A stretch of DNA of 64,000 bases, taken from contig CM052817.1 of assembly GCA_028534125.1 (NCBI GenBank), positions 77,130,001-77,194,000 on the forward strand, read 5' to 3'. A model generated the notes under the pieces. That model had not been told where the DNA came from, searched no databases, and saw only the letters and a program-made list of their open reading frames with translations. This document shows positions 28,580-42,504 of this stretch, one piece after another; the stretch's first letter is position 1, and each line of letters opens with the position of its first letter. A program made the translations under genes and the position numbers. Origin of the DNA: Lama glama (taxonomy: Eukaryota).

Positions 28580-29051
28580 CTATTTCACTGAACACCTGTG
28601 GGTGGATTTCACAGGTCATTCCTCCAGGAATGATACCCTGGCATGGTCTGGCCCCCAGATGTATGATTTGGTTGAGGCATTTACAAAATCACATACTTTA
28701 TGGATGTTTTTTCCTATTTACTACATTTCTGATCCCTCAGACTATAAATTCTTGGAACAGTGGCTGTATCATCCCTGAAATAATCTCATGCACATGCAGG
28801 AAATAACTCCCTTGTGTTGCCTTTCCAGCAAAAAGAAGGGGCTGCTAGGGTTGAGTGTGAGTCCTAAAAAAGTAATTCCCCCTTTTAGATACAGGTCTAC
28901 ATTTAAAAGAGACAGAACTAACATAAAGAGTAGAGTTTTATCTGTGTGTAAAAACCCCGTCACTAATGATAAAATAAAATGCGTGCCACTGAATCAAAAC
29001 ATCGAAAATAGACACCTGATTTGTAACTAAATTATAAAGTACTAATATTTA

Positions 29052-29324
<273 letters not shown>

Positions 29325-31811
29325 TCAGTAAGTACACCTTCTATAAAATGTCTGGAAGACATGTTTAAAGTTTTTTGGTCTTAATTATTGTTTACCAGGT
29401 GTAAATAATACTGAGGCACAGTGACAGGGGATGGGAGAGGTTACAAAACTAAGTGGATCAAGAAAAATGTTCTCAACACTCTAGGTAAAAAATCCAATAG
29501 CTATTATGAAAACATCCGCTCATATTTTTTTAATATATTTATTCTCAAGCCATGGCAACTACAAGGAGCTTTTTTTTTTCATACACAACCTAGGCTTATT
29601 ACATTCTTTATAAACAAAGCTCTCTCAGAAGTCATCAGAAGGTCAGAGTAACAAATGGCACATCTGGAGCAAGAGAAAAGCACATTCAGGTGACAAACAG
29701 GACAACTATTTTTATCAAGAAGGGACTTGCTCCTCCTGTGTGCTTCTCTCCTTACACATTCTAGGGACTATAGTTAGAAAACAGGCTAGATTTTGAAAGC
29801 TGTATATCATACAAATATACAGCGTAAATACGTAAAATAAATCACATATATGAATTGACAATGTAATTCTTATGAAGTAACCACTGGCGATGGTCACAGC
29901 TACACACTAAAAGCAATAAAAGCCCCCAAAGTAAATTTTGGGGGAGGACTTCTAAGAACAAGGCCTTAATCTTCCTGAAAGGAGTATAAAAGCATGAATA
30001 TCCCTGTTCAAGTCTATACTAAGTATATTCCGAATTGAATGGTCTGGATTCTAGTGTTTTTTTTTTCTCTCTTTCTCCCCACCCTTCCTCCCTCCGCACA
30101 CCTCAACACGACTGATGCTCTTAATAAGTTTCCAGAGTAGATGTAACAGTGCTCAGTGGTTACGTGAAAGCCCCCAGAGACACATGCCATTTTCTTTGAC
30201 CCTTAGATGTCGGTAAAACTGATTTTGCTTACGGAACAACTCTTGAAAAAGACCCTAGTTTGTTTGCTCAGTTTCTAAACTTTGCACATGGCCTAAAGAG
30301 TTATCGGAGTACAAGAGAAAGGAAAATGGAAGGACCCGGAGTTCAAATTGCTGATCCCACCACAGACTTCCCAGTTTCTTTGATGTTTCAGCAGGGTACA
30401 GGCTGACAAACCACTGGCTTTCAACCATTTTATTTCTTCTCTACTTACTTTGCTAACTGAGGGTACCTGCTCTTCACCGTGGCCTTGATAAATGCGTGGG
30501 CATTTTAAATAGATCCTCATAATCCCTTCCCAAAGTGCTTCATAAACGTTTATATTTTGGATTCTTGCAAAATTTTTAGAAGTGGGAATCCTTATCGTTT
30601 GTAACGACACATACACAGACTTACACACACACAGACACCCTCAAGATCCTAAACTGACTTCATGCAACCAACGACTATACCATATCCACGTTTTCCCTTT
30701 CCCCTCCCCATTTATTAGAATTTTACTCTTCAAGACCAAGCAAAAATCCTTCTTCTGTGAAACTTCCCCCGATGCTACCAACCAGAAGTTATTTCCTCTT
30801 CCTAAAGTCCTATAACTCCTTCTCACTTGGCTCGTGGTATTTAGTGCCTTTTAGTTCACATTCATGGATCCTTGATTATAGACCATAGGGCAGCACTCAA
30901 AGCTTAAGCTTTCTGCTCCCAGAAAGTCTAGGACAACGTGGGGAGGCGGAAGTCTTGCTGAGAAAGATTATTATGGTGGTGAAACACTGTGTTTGGGATT
31001 GGAGGTTAGAGCCCAAATTGATAAACTGGTTGTCTGTATCTCTTCCCAACTCCAGTTGAGTGATGTTGACTTGACAGTTTAAAATCAGCTGGCCGGAAGT
31101 ATTCCCACAATTGGAATGAGCAGATGCTACAAATCGAGGCTTTGTTTGAGAGCCAGTCTACCAGCACACCGCTGGTTAAGCTCCTGTTCCCCAGTAAAGC
31201 TTTATTACATAAGGTGAAAAATGTCTGGCAAATCATGAAGGGCATTTATTCTCTTTTAATAGTTAATCTGGAGTCAACTAAGGCAAAAGACACAAAAGAA
31301 AAATTATAGAAAAGAATTTGGATTGCTATTTCCCACTGGATTTGGATATTTTCAGTGATGGGAAATGAGTATCCTGGGATTCACTGGGTTCACTTGAAAT
31401 TTAAGTAACATTTTTTAAAAACCATCTAATCAGGATATCTCACATTATTACAAAATATTAGTAATGTTTTCATGGGAACAATTTTTTTTAATTTGACAAA
31501 GAACTATCCCCCAATTTTCTTTTTCAACAGCAAAGCTGTCTTGTTAAATCATATCCAGAAGACGATGGAATCAGTCTCTCCTTCATATTAATTCCATACA
31601 AAGTTTGTAAAATTATATAAGGGACATCATAAAGAACAATGTGTTTTGTTTGTTTTTCAATGACTCCTTCCCTCAACACTTGCCCCTTTCATTGTAATAG
31701 AATGAATCTGACAGAGCAACACTGAAGATATTATTAACTAGAAGAACCAGAATATTCCAAAATCAAGCTTTTTGAACACTTTAGCTACAGCAGCATTAAA
31801 AACAAACAGCC

Positions 31812-31949
31812 GGTGGGGGGGTATAGCTCAGTGGTACAGTGCGTGCCTCGCATGCAAAAGGTCCTGGGTTCAATCCTCAGTATCCCATTCAAAAATAAAT
31901 AAATAAACCTAATTACCTCCCCCCCAAATAAAATAAAAATTAAAAAAAA
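31812..31949 (+). mobile_element. tRNA-derived SINE, Vic-1-like (camelid), with 8-bp TSD aaacagcc
   Basis: A box tagctcagtgg, B box ggttcaatcc, tail aaataaacctaattacctccccc plus poly-A; TSD at 31804-31811 and 31950-31957. Confidence 0.9.
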
Positions 31950-33264
31950 AAACAGCCAGAAAAAAAAAAAAGTTTAACAAGTGAAACACTACAAATCTTT
32001 TTCCCTCCTGTTCCAGAGAAGTCAGACAGAAAAGTCTGGCAACCTGGCAATATTAAAGATGTAAATTCAAAGTTAAATAGTAAGGAATTAGCTTTCTCTT
32101 TTCAAAAGGTTAGCTAAGAGATGAACACAGCTTAGACACTAATCAAGACTTATACTGTGCATTAAAAATAGTGTATTTGGCATATTGCCTGCTGCAGTTC
32201 AAAGAGGTAAATCAAACTGAAGGCAATCTTACCATCAAAAATAAAAAGTTATATACACGCAGCCCAAAATAAATTTCAGGGGAGAAAATGAAAAACAAGA
32301 TTTGTTTTAAAATATCAAACAAGAGAAGGTGTTTTAGCTAGAATAGAAACTTTTAAGAGAGAGATTTAACAAGTGGCAAGGAACAGCCAGCAGTATCCTT
32401 TGGTTTCCTGTCTTTTGCTGAAGTCACACGTCTGCTCCAATGCGATATAAAAGTTATGATGACACCTAACAGTGTGATTTCAGAACTTATACCAATAGGT
32501 TACAAGCTTCACATCACCAGTGTGTTGAAAAGGGACTTGCGGTTAGTGAACTAACTGTGAAAATCGGTTACAAAAAACTAATTTGAACCAGTTTGGGAGG
32601 ACAGGAAAGAGAGGGAGAGCCCATTTCCAGAAATCACAGTAGTTTTCTTTCATACTGCTCCAGTTCAAAATTCAGATTTACAATTAAAGCAGCCCAGTGA
32701 GAGGTCAACTGATCTTCGACAAAGGAGGCAAGAACTTACAATGGAATAAAGACAGTCTCTTCAGCAAATGGTGTTGGGAAAACTGGACAGAACCATGTAA
32801 ATCAGTGAAGCTAGAACACTCCCTTACACTATACCCAAAAATAAACTCAAAACGGATCAAAGACTTCAACATAAGACAAGATTCAATAAACCTCCTAGAA
32901 GAAAACATAGGCAAAACATTGTCTGACATACATCTCAAAAATGTTCTCCTAGGGCAGTCTACCCAAGCAACAGAAATAAAAGCAAGCATAAACAAATGGG
33001 ACCTAATCAAATTTACAAGCTTCTGCACATCAAAGGAAACCATAAGCAAAACAAAACAACAACCTACAGAATGGGAGAAAATTTTTGCAAAAGATGAAAC
33101 TGACAAAGGCTTGATCTCCAGAATATATAAGCAGCTCATACGACTTAAGAAAAAAAAAAAAAAAACAACCCAATCCAAACAAGGGCAGAAGACCTAAACA
33201 AGCAATTCTCCAAGGAAGAAATACAAATGATCAATAGGCACATGAAAAAATGCTCAGTATCACT

Positions 33265-33764
33265 NNNNNNNNNNNNNNNNNNNNNNNNNNNNNNNNNNNN
33301 NNNNNNNNNNNNNNNNNNNNNNNNNNNNNNNNNNNNNNNNNNNNNNNNNNNNNNNNNNNNNNNNNNNNNNNNNNNNNNNNNNNNNNNNNNNNNNNNNNNN
33401 NNNNNNNNNNNNNNNNNNNNNNNNNNNNNNNNNNNNNNNNNNNNNNNNNNNNNNNNNNNNNNNNNNNNNNNNNNNNNNNNNNNNNNNNNNNNNNNNNNNN
33501 NNNNNNNNNNNNNNNNNNNNNNNNNNNNNNNNNNNNNNNNNNNNNNNNNNNNNNNNNNNNNNNNNNNNNNNNNNNNNNNNNNNNNNNNNNNNNNNNNNNN
33601 NNNNNNNNNNNNNNNNNNNNNNNNNNNNNNNNNNNNNNNNNNNNNNNNNNNNNNNNNNNNNNNNNNNNNNNNNNNNNNNNNNNNNNNNNNNNNNNNNNNN
33701 NNNNNNNNNNNNNNNNNNNNNNNNNNNNNNNNNNNNNNNNNNNNNNNNNNNNNNNNNNNNNNNN
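33265..33764. other. Assembly gap (500 N)
   Basis: Run of N. Confidence 1.
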
Positions 33765-33812
33765 GAAAAGAAAAGAAAGAAGGAAGGAAGGAAGGAAGGA
33801 AGGAAGGAAGGA

Positions 33813-33883
<71 letters not shown>

Positions 33884-33890
33884 GAAAAGA
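33765..33890 (+). repeat. Compound microsatellite (GGAA)n(GAAA)n
   Basis: Directly visible next to the gap. Confidence 0.95.
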
Positions 33891-35372
33891 CAAGTGAACA
33901 TAAATACAAAACAGAAATAGGCTCATAGACATAGAATACAAACTTGTGGTTGCCAGCGGGGAGAGGGGTGGGAAGGGACAGACTGGGAATTCAAACTTTG
34001 TAGATACTGACAGGCATATGTAGAATAGATAAACAAGATTATACTGTATAGCACAGGGAAATATATATAAGATCTTGTGGTAGCTTACAGTGAAAAAGAA
34101 TCTGACAATGAATATATGTATGTATATATATATATATATATAAAACTGAAAAATTGTGCTCTACACTGGAAATTGACACAACATTGTAAACTGACTATAA
34201 CTCAATTAAGAAAAAAGTCATTTTCAGCAGAAAGCCCATACTTCTCAAGTGTCCCTGAGAATGAAGTAAGAGGAACAACAGTCACAGTTGGCAGGCGTCA
34301 GATGTCTTTCTTATACCTCCTCTTCAACTTGCTCCCAGCTCGTTCTTCTTTGGAGCATTCAGTTTGAAATCACTTCAATGTTTTTTAAACATCCCCACTG
34401 CTTTTCCAAACCATCCTTGAGAATATTATGACTTCAGCTTCATGAATACAAACAAAACGATTCCTGGGAGGTCCAGAGTTCACTCATCTGAGCCTCACAA
34501 GCACCAAAACACCAGACATATGTCGAACAAATACAGAGGAGTAGGCACCTGAGGTCTGGGGGCGACCTAGGAGCTACAGACAACTCACCTCTCAAAGCAC
34601 CCCTTTCCAGGACAGAGGTTGCTCACATGCAGGAGCTAAGGAGGGGTGGAAGAGTTTAAACTGGGGCAGACACTAGGTTTCAGACAATCCTTCCAAGCCT
34701 CTTTTATTTTCTGAAGCATGTCTTCCTCTCATCAAGGAAGGCTTTCCTCTTGCTCCCAAGTCTCCGTACTAGACGCTCTATATTGTACACTATGAAACAC
34801 AATCTTGTTTGCTAAGAGACCTTTCCACCTTTCATTTCATGCACTGCCTGCTGCAGTGGCAAGACAAGTGATGTACCTTGTACCCTTGTTACAGGACATA
34901 GAGGCAGTGAAGCTGCAGAGGAGTTAGACAGTTCATCCTAAGGGCAAAAGGAAATGTGGCTAAAAAGCCACGGCGCCTGCCATAAGACAGCAGTTCAATT
35001 TCCTGGCATTCCTTACAACTCTCTGCCACATCCAGCAACTACCAGCTTCCACGGGAAAATCAACGCTTTTGCAAAGTGAATTAACAGACTTCTAAGGTCT
35101 TTCCAATCACACTCTTGGGGTTTTCCTTATAATTTAGAATGTCTTTAAAATGTTGTTTACTATAGCATTATGTCTTATCAGTTTGTTTCTTCTGCTTTGT
35201 ACAAAAGGTCACTCTGACTTTTTAAGGACTGTTTGATGCTGTTTAATTTATAAATAATTATCCAGTGTTCCCAATAGCAAAAGCTATCAATGGGCCACTC
35301 AGCACTTGTTTTCGGGCCAACAAATTAATTCAGCAATATTGTATAATTACAAAAAGAATGTGAGTTCTCTTA

Positions 35373-35498
<126 letters not shown>

Positions 35499-36633
35499 CT
35501 ACAGGAAAGCAAACAAATCATATACATATAATTATAAAGTGTATACATTTTAGAATCCAATTAAAACACCCAGAAACTCTTGAACAGAATCAGATGGCTC
35601 ATTTAATATTTTGTGACCTAACATCTGTGTAATTAAATCATTTTCTGGAACATAGTCTCTGATGCTATAAAAAACAGAAAAATTGCTTATTTTCCAGGGT
35701 CTGACCTGAGACCCACTATGGACTCAGGATTATGCTATTGAGCAGGGAAGGTTCACTTCCGCAGCACCCGGAAGACCTCATTACCACAATTGTCCAAAGC
35801 TGAGTACAGGCTTGTGGCAGCCTTGCTTGTAACACGGCCTCATAGCAAAAAAGTCATAAACTGGAAAACTGTGCCCGCAAATAGTGCGAAACTATAATTA
35901 GCATCTGGTTTTGAAACTGTAGTAAAAATTAATTTGATACCGTCATTTTCAACCCTCTTCCTTCATAAGCTCCTTAAAGATATGAAATTATGTAGTAAGA
36001 TTATAACTGTATACTTAAAAAACTGTACTGTATTATTAAATATGTACCTATTTCTTACATTTGTATGGCAACAAAATTGAATATTGGGCCTTCTATGTGT
36101 TTAAAGCAATCACTATAACATAAAGCAGCTGCTACATAAATGTGGCTGTGGGTCCCTTTACTGGGTGGTGTTCAAACAGCTTTTAGGAAGCAATTCTTCA
36201 GTTGGATCTCACAAAATATTTAGAAAACAGAACCACAGGGAAACAACTTGAGTAACTCACATTAGAGAATAAAGAATTAAGGTTAACTTAATTTTTAACT
36301 TTATGATAAATGACAAAACGGTTCTAAAATTGTATTTTAAATGTCACAATTATAAAATTAGATGATAATATCCCCAAATTATCTTACTAATTCATCCTCT
36401 ATCCCCTACAGGGTTAGATGTAACAGTCTTCTAATGAACATCCTTCATTTAAAAAAAGAAGAAAAAAATGGCAGGACTTGAAAATTATCCACCTGAAAAC
36501 TTCATGCTTTTGCCACATCCAAGATCAGACTAACAAAAAAAAAAATAAATAAAAGAACTCTACCGCTGTCTGTGTGAGCTATGATTTTTATTGCAAATCA
36601 TTCCTGAATCCCACCTAGACTAATTCATAACAT

Positions 36634-36761
36634 AGACTTATGCTGATTTACTTAGAATGAAAATAGCAATAGTTTCCATTAATTAAACCAAATTAAATAA
36701 CCAGATTTATGCTGACTTACTTAGAATGAAAATAGCAATAGTTTCCATTAATTAAACCAAA
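36634..36761 (+). repeat. Tandem duplication of a 59-bp unit (36634-36692, 36703-36761) with a 10-bp spacer
   Basis: agaYttatgctgaYttacttagaatgaaaatagcaatagtttccattaattaaaccaaa twice, 2 mismatches. Confidence 0.95.
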
Positions 36762-37269
36762 ACCTCTCTGTGATCAAACCAAACGTGCCTTACCATTCTT
36801 TCATTCTCCCCTAAATTCAGCACCACCAGCTCCCCACCATTTTCCACATCTCCAACCTACACGTTTCTTTGGAATGCTTCACCTTAACTTGTTTTCTGTG
36901 TATGCAAAACTAATTCACCACTCCTCTAAACGACAGACGTTCTCTTCCAATATCCCTGCGCTATCAATGACATCACCACACATCACAGGCTTGAAAAGAT
37001 GACACTGACTCTTCCTTTTCTTTCAATCACCAAATCCTATTGATTTATTCTTTCAAAATGCTTCTTTCACACATTTTACCCCATCTCAACTCTTAACCAC
37101 CCGGAAGTTTGTCATCCTGTGCCCAGACATCTCTAATGGCTTGGTCACTGGCTGCCGTAATTGATGACTCTACCCATTTAATCCAGCTTCCTTTGTCCAG
37201 CCAAGCTTAACAAGTATGAACTCTATAAAAACCTGGTTACTGTGACATCTTACTAAAACTGCTTTTGGT

Positions 37270-37850
37270 TGCAAATGACAGTGATTTGGAATAAAATCTG
37301 GCTCTCATCCTCAATCTCTTTTATCTCTGCAGCTGTAGGCATGGCAGACGGCTTTCAATTTTTCAGCCGCTGAGGCACCGTGGTGTCATCCCCTTTCCCA
37401 CTTCTCTGACCACTGTTTCTGTTTTTCATTTTCTTATCTTTCTCCAAAGGGCACCCTCTTCTCTTTTCTCACCCTGTGCTCCGTCACAGAATCTCACTTG
37501 CTCGTTTGTAACCAGCACCTCCACACAGGCGGTGACTCAAATTCTCTCCCCTCATGGTCTCTTTTCAGAGCCTCTGACCAGCATTCTGATTAGCTATAGC
37601 ACATCTCCCCATAAAGTCCTGCCAGCACCTTACACTCAAAATCATAGAAGTTAAGACAACATTTCTCCCACTATGCTGGTCTTTTCCATAAGGAACCTAC
37701 AGAAAACATGATCCTCTAAAATAATGTAGGCTTGAAATCTCACTTTCTCTGTGGAATTGTCAGTCTCCCTCACTACCCACACCCGGTTCACTATGAAGTC
37801 CTTTACAGCTCCTTCTAGTTCCAGTACCCAAATTTAGACACCCATTTTCT
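37270..37850 (+). mobile_element. L2 LINE remnant (appears to continue at ~38590-38810)
   Basis: Pyrimidine-rich L2-like 3' motifs (cttctctgaccactg, gactcaaattctc, cagcaccttacactcaa); L2-like tail ...gtgctcaataatgc...aaatgaatg near 38800. Confidence 0.5.
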
Positions 37851-37861
37851 TTCTTTAAAAA

Positions 37862-37952
37862 AATTTTTCTTTTTAGTGGAGGTGCTGGGGATTGAACCCA
37901 GGACCCTGTGCTTGCAAGCCTGTGTTCTACCACTGAGCTGTTACCCTCTCCC
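37862..37952 (-). mobile_element. tRNA-derived SINE, Vic-1-like, short form
   Basis: gctggggattgaacccaggacc...ctaccactgagct (reverse B and A boxes), T-rich tail. Confidence 0.88.
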
Positions 37953-37954
37953 TA

Positions 37955-38565
37955 AAATTAATTTTAACTGTGTAAAATACACATAATTTACCATCTTAAC
38001 TGATTTTAAATGTACAGTTCAGTGGTGTGAAGTACATTCACATTGTGCAACCATCACCACCATCCATTTCTAGAACTCTTTTTATCATGCAAAATTGAAA
38101 CTTTTGTACACATTAAACAATCACTTACCATCCCCGCTTCTCTCCAGCCCCTGGCAACCACCATTCTACATTTCTACTTTCTGTCTCTATGAACTGGACT
38201 ACTCTAGGTACTTCAAATAAGTAAAATCATACAGTATTTGTCTTTTATGTGATTGGCTTATTTCACTTGGCATAATGTCCCGAATGTTCATTGATGTTAC
38301 AGCATGTGCCAGAATTTCCTTCCTTTAAGGCTGAATAATATTGCATGGGATGTATACATCACATTTTGTTTATTCATTCATCCATATATGGATATTTGGA
38401 CTGCTTTCATCTTTTGGCTATTATGTCTAATGCTATTATGAACATGGGTGTGCAAATCTCTCTTTGAGACTCTCTTTTCAATTATTTTGGGTATATACCC
38501 AGAAGTGGAATTACTGGATCATTTGGTAATTAACTTTTTTTTTTTTTTGGTGATTCACTTTTTAA
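37955..38565 (-). mobile_element. LINE-1 3' end (L1MB-like)
   Basis: tgtacagttcagtgg...cattgtgcaaccatcaccaccatccat...gggtatatacccagaagtggaattactggatc. Confidence 0.88.
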
Positions 38566-39869
38566 TTTTCTGAGTTATTGCTTTCCTACTCTCATTTTCT
38601 CTTGCTTGAACTACATTAACTTCTAATATCTCCCCGCCTCCATTCTCCTTCCTCTCATTATACAGACGGCTGACCAAGGCACAATACAGATCACCATGCT
38701 ACTGCCTCTGAGGACAGGTAGTTTGCTGAGTCCCCAGAGCCAAGCACAGAGCTTAGCACAATGGAGTGCTCAATAATGCTGGCCAAGTAAATGAATGTGT
38801 AGGTGGATGGATGGATGCATGGAAACAACTCCCTCTCTGCAAACTTTAATTGTCCTCATGGCCTACTAAATTAACAGATTCTTCCATGGCCTGGCACTTG
38901 AGGTTCCCCATAATACTCATTTAGCAAAATGTATGAAAACCTAAGAGATCAAAGCTATGATGTCAAACCCAGTGGAAATTAAAACGATGGTCTATTTCTC
39001 CAAACAATTTCTGAGCTTCACTTCCCATTATCCCCTAATACACATTCCTCCAACTAATTAAAGTGTTTGCCATTTTCAAAACATTTCCTACCCAGAAGTC
39101 ACAATCTGGTGGGCCTGGGCCAAGAATTTGGGCAGAAAAAATATTTTGTTTGGCATAGTGCTTTTCAAAAATATTTGAATTTGAATGTGTTTGGGGGGAA
39201 AGGGGGACACACCCTCCACTTATCTTAGTCCCTATACTGGGTGCCCACCACTCGTCTACGAAGCCCACCGAGCCACTGAAGAAATCGCAGTGAGTGCAAA
39301 TACCTCTGAGAAACTGCTTCTGCTAACATCCATCTCTTCTTCCATTTCCACATGTCCATCCTCAGCTGCTGGTTTAACCAGCTCAAGTGTCTCTCACTCT
39401 TTGAAGCCTTCCCATCCTCCAAATCAGAAATTATTGCTCCTCTGTTTTCTTACGGCACTCTGATTCCTCCCCTCTCACAGCATTTATCCTATTTGGGTTT
39501 ATATCATAATTACATAATTTTCTTATCAGGTCTATGCATGGGAAGGACTCTGAGATCAGGTTCACCTTCTTGCTAATTTGGTATCACTCACACACATCGC
39601 CAAAGTGCCCTGGACATGCTGTGTGAATTAAAATTAAATGGAGAAACTACATTTTTATTTAGGAAAAAAAAAAGGCCAGTTTGGAATGAGATTTTACATT
39701 TCAGGTACACTTTGTATGTAGATATGTTCTGTAAACTTCTAAAGTGAAAAACATTCAATTATGAGATAGGACTGGGTTTTTATTTTTTCCCCTGGGGGAA
39801 CTCCATGGTGATTCTGTAAATACATGCCTACCTATGAAGAGTGTACTGATAGAGAATAGGGGTTCTGTT

Positions 39870-40080
39870 CTTACACACATGGCTTTCAGCCTGGCTCCAT
39901 CACTTCCAGTATGTATGGCCTGAGGCTGGTATTTAAGTTCTCTAAGCCTCAGTTTCCCCACTTAATGGTGGTACTCACCACACGAGTTCAGTGTGGGAAC
40001 TAAATGATACAATATTTAGAAAGCACTTAGCACAGAGCATCACACCCAGTGAGTGTTCAATGAAGGCTAATTTTATTATC
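39870..40080 (+). mobile_element. MIR SINE
   Basis: tctctaagcctcagtttcccca...taaatgatac...aaagcacttagcacag...agtgagtgttcaat. Confidence 0.8.
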
Positions 40081-42388
40081 TAAAATTGGTATTCAGATAA
40101 AATAAAATGAACAGGGAAAATGTGACTTTGTAATTCTCCTCTAAGTTTGTGCAGTGTTAAAAAATACACATACAAGTTAAATAAGCTCTTTTTCATCGTC
40201 CAAATCCCTAAGTCAACTCATTTATACTCTATTTTAATATATAATTAAGCTTGAAGATAGTCACAGCATTTTTTATTATGAACTCTACTTGGAATAATAA
40301 AAGGAAGATTGAGCTTAGGAAAACCTCTTCAAAATGTACGGTTTTTATCTGGTTCCTTGCCTGCTGGGTGAGATTTCCCATCAACTAGACATCTGGAACA
40401 TTTCCAGATAACAGTTTGAAGATAACTGAGACTTTTGTTCCCAGAAATACATTTGACTCCCTGCCTAAGTTTCTACCCCCCCCCCAAAAGCATAAAATCA
40501 AGATAATACAGCCTTTCTGGCAGAGCACTGGAAATTCATAGTTAGATTTACACTACAGTTGCAAAGATCAGTGAATAAATTTTCCATCACTAGATACAAC
40601 GGCCTTATTACATTTAACTAACTTCAAATGTTTATGTTCTGCCTAATCATTCTCCTTCTGTCAATGGCAGTGGAGAAAAAATAAACTGTCCAAAAGTATT
40701 TGGTACTTTAGAACATGTTTTTTGCCTGAGATAAAGCACTTGCACCAAAAATGTTCTTATGTTTCCCAAAATATGTTCAAATATTACATTTAAGACTAAT
40801 AACAGATTAACTTTCCTTTACTAAGTAGTTCTAGGGAATACAGTGAAAAATGTATACAAAACACTAGAGCAATTGCAGAAGTTATGTTAATTGAAAAACA
40901 TTTTAAAATCCACTCAGTTGAAAAACTTCTAGTTAGGAAAAATGTTCTTTGTAACTTACATTCAGTGCAACATGGACTGGTCCCCCTAGCAAACATCTAT
41001 GACGGAAATCTGTGAGTCAGAGGGTGTTTTCTGACAATTGGGCCTTAGGAGGCGCTCCTTTTTGGAAAGGGAAGTAAGTCACAATGACTTTGTTTCTTCA
41101 AGTCTATACCTGGTCCTTCATATACAAGCTGAAATCGGAAGTGATTACCCAGTAAGATATTTTCAAATCATTGAAGATTTTCAAAGCCCTGCAAGGTACC
41201 CATCATGATGTCACCAACACTGTCACTATGACATTGGAGACGGGAAACAGCCAGTCCTGGGAATAGCAACACACCTGCAAATTCATTCGCTCATTCACCC
41301 ATTCACCCATCCAGCCAACCACATGCACTGATCAACTGCCCACCCCATGGCAGACGCTGTGGTAGATGCCGTAAAGACAGCTGGGACAAGATTCTTGTCT
41401 GCAAAGAGACCAGAATCCATGCAGAGGGAAAATATCAAAGGATTTAAGTTCTATGGGTATAACTGCTAAAACAGATATATGAAACTAATCCTATGGGAAA
41501 AAAAAATCAGAAGAATTAGTAAATAACAACCTTGATGAAGTCAGAGAGGGTTGCATGCTCTCACACACACACATTCACATTAACTAAAATTTCAGCCAGG
41601 TATTAGAGAAGAAGTCGGGGTTTGCTGGGTGGGGTCCATACAGACGTATCAGGAGGATGGGAAGGCAGTCGGGTCAAAAGAATATCTTAGATTAAAGCAT
41701 GTAGTTGAGCAGGGGAGTGATGAGTTCAGAGTATGTGGGTAAGAGTTTTGTACAACTGAAGACAGAGCTGAAATGGTAGTTTGGGGTCCAACAGCTACTG
41801 CTGCTCTGATAAGGAAACCTAAATTTTTTAATTAAATTTTTTAGATTATGGGGGGGGGTCTCATGGTTACATTTTAAAGTGAGGAAACCAGAGGCCAGGA
41901 TCCCAGGCTGCTGAAACAGACTAAGGGAGATTCTGAGAGCCTTCAAGCAGTGCAGTGACAAGTGGAGCGGAGAAGGGTGATACAGAAGAAACACATCAAC
42001 AGTCTGATGACCATACTGGTTGAGCTTTTGCCTTGGAAGGGAAATTTTTCTGAGATGATTGACAAAACAAATAAGGCAGAAGTTTTACATGGAACTGTTG
42101 TATTGAGGACCTAGCATATTCTATCTGACAGGGACATAGAATTAAATTATTGTTTTCTATTTCTGCCACCTCTTTTTAGTTTTTAAAAAGGATCACTGCA
42201 GTGGATGGGCTGGTTATTTAATTATGTTAACAGCCTAGAAGGCGTGGTCTGTGTCTTAGGCATTGCTCCATCCCCATGGCACCACCCAAAAGCTGTTTGT
42301 GAATCAAGAGTCAGTTCGTTACATATGAAAGTTATTCACTAGTATTTGACATCCATGTGTAAACACTTGAAGCCCTGGGAACACTTAC

Positions 42389-42504
42389 TCTGCAGTAATC
42401 CAAAGTAGCAACATATTCATAAGATCCTAGAGATAGCTCTGGCTTCTCATAGTGGTCCAGTCTTCTTCCAATGTGGTCCAGATGTTGGAAATAGAATGGT
42501 GGAA
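42389..42504 (-). CDS. SEC24D: SEC24D coding exon 10 (116 nt): [39 protein letters not shown]
   Basis: Matches recalled SEC24D peptide; acceptor ttcattag, donor AGA|gtaagt. Confidence 0.97.

Larger units (their letters stand above)
32697..34216 (+). mobile_element. 5'-truncated young LINE-1 (ORF2 C-terminus plus 3' UTR), interrupted by an assembly gap
   Basis: ORF GQLIFDKGGKNLQWNKDSLFSKWCWENW matches L1 ORF2p; 3' UTR ends ...ctgactataactcaattaagaaaaaa. Confidence 0.95.

Noticed and set aside
31815..31890. tRNA-Ala-like gene (also 51630-51700, 37880-37950, 54980-55045)
   Set aside because: No intact acceptor stem; unrelated 3' tail, poly-A and TSDs show these are SINEs
33145..33941. Long X-containing ORFs (also 62900-63521)
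   Set aside because: Artefacts of 500-N gaps and adjacent microsatellite
35730..35900. Possible DNA-transposon remnant starting cagggaaggttca
   Set aside because: No matching second terminal inverted repeat or TSD could be established
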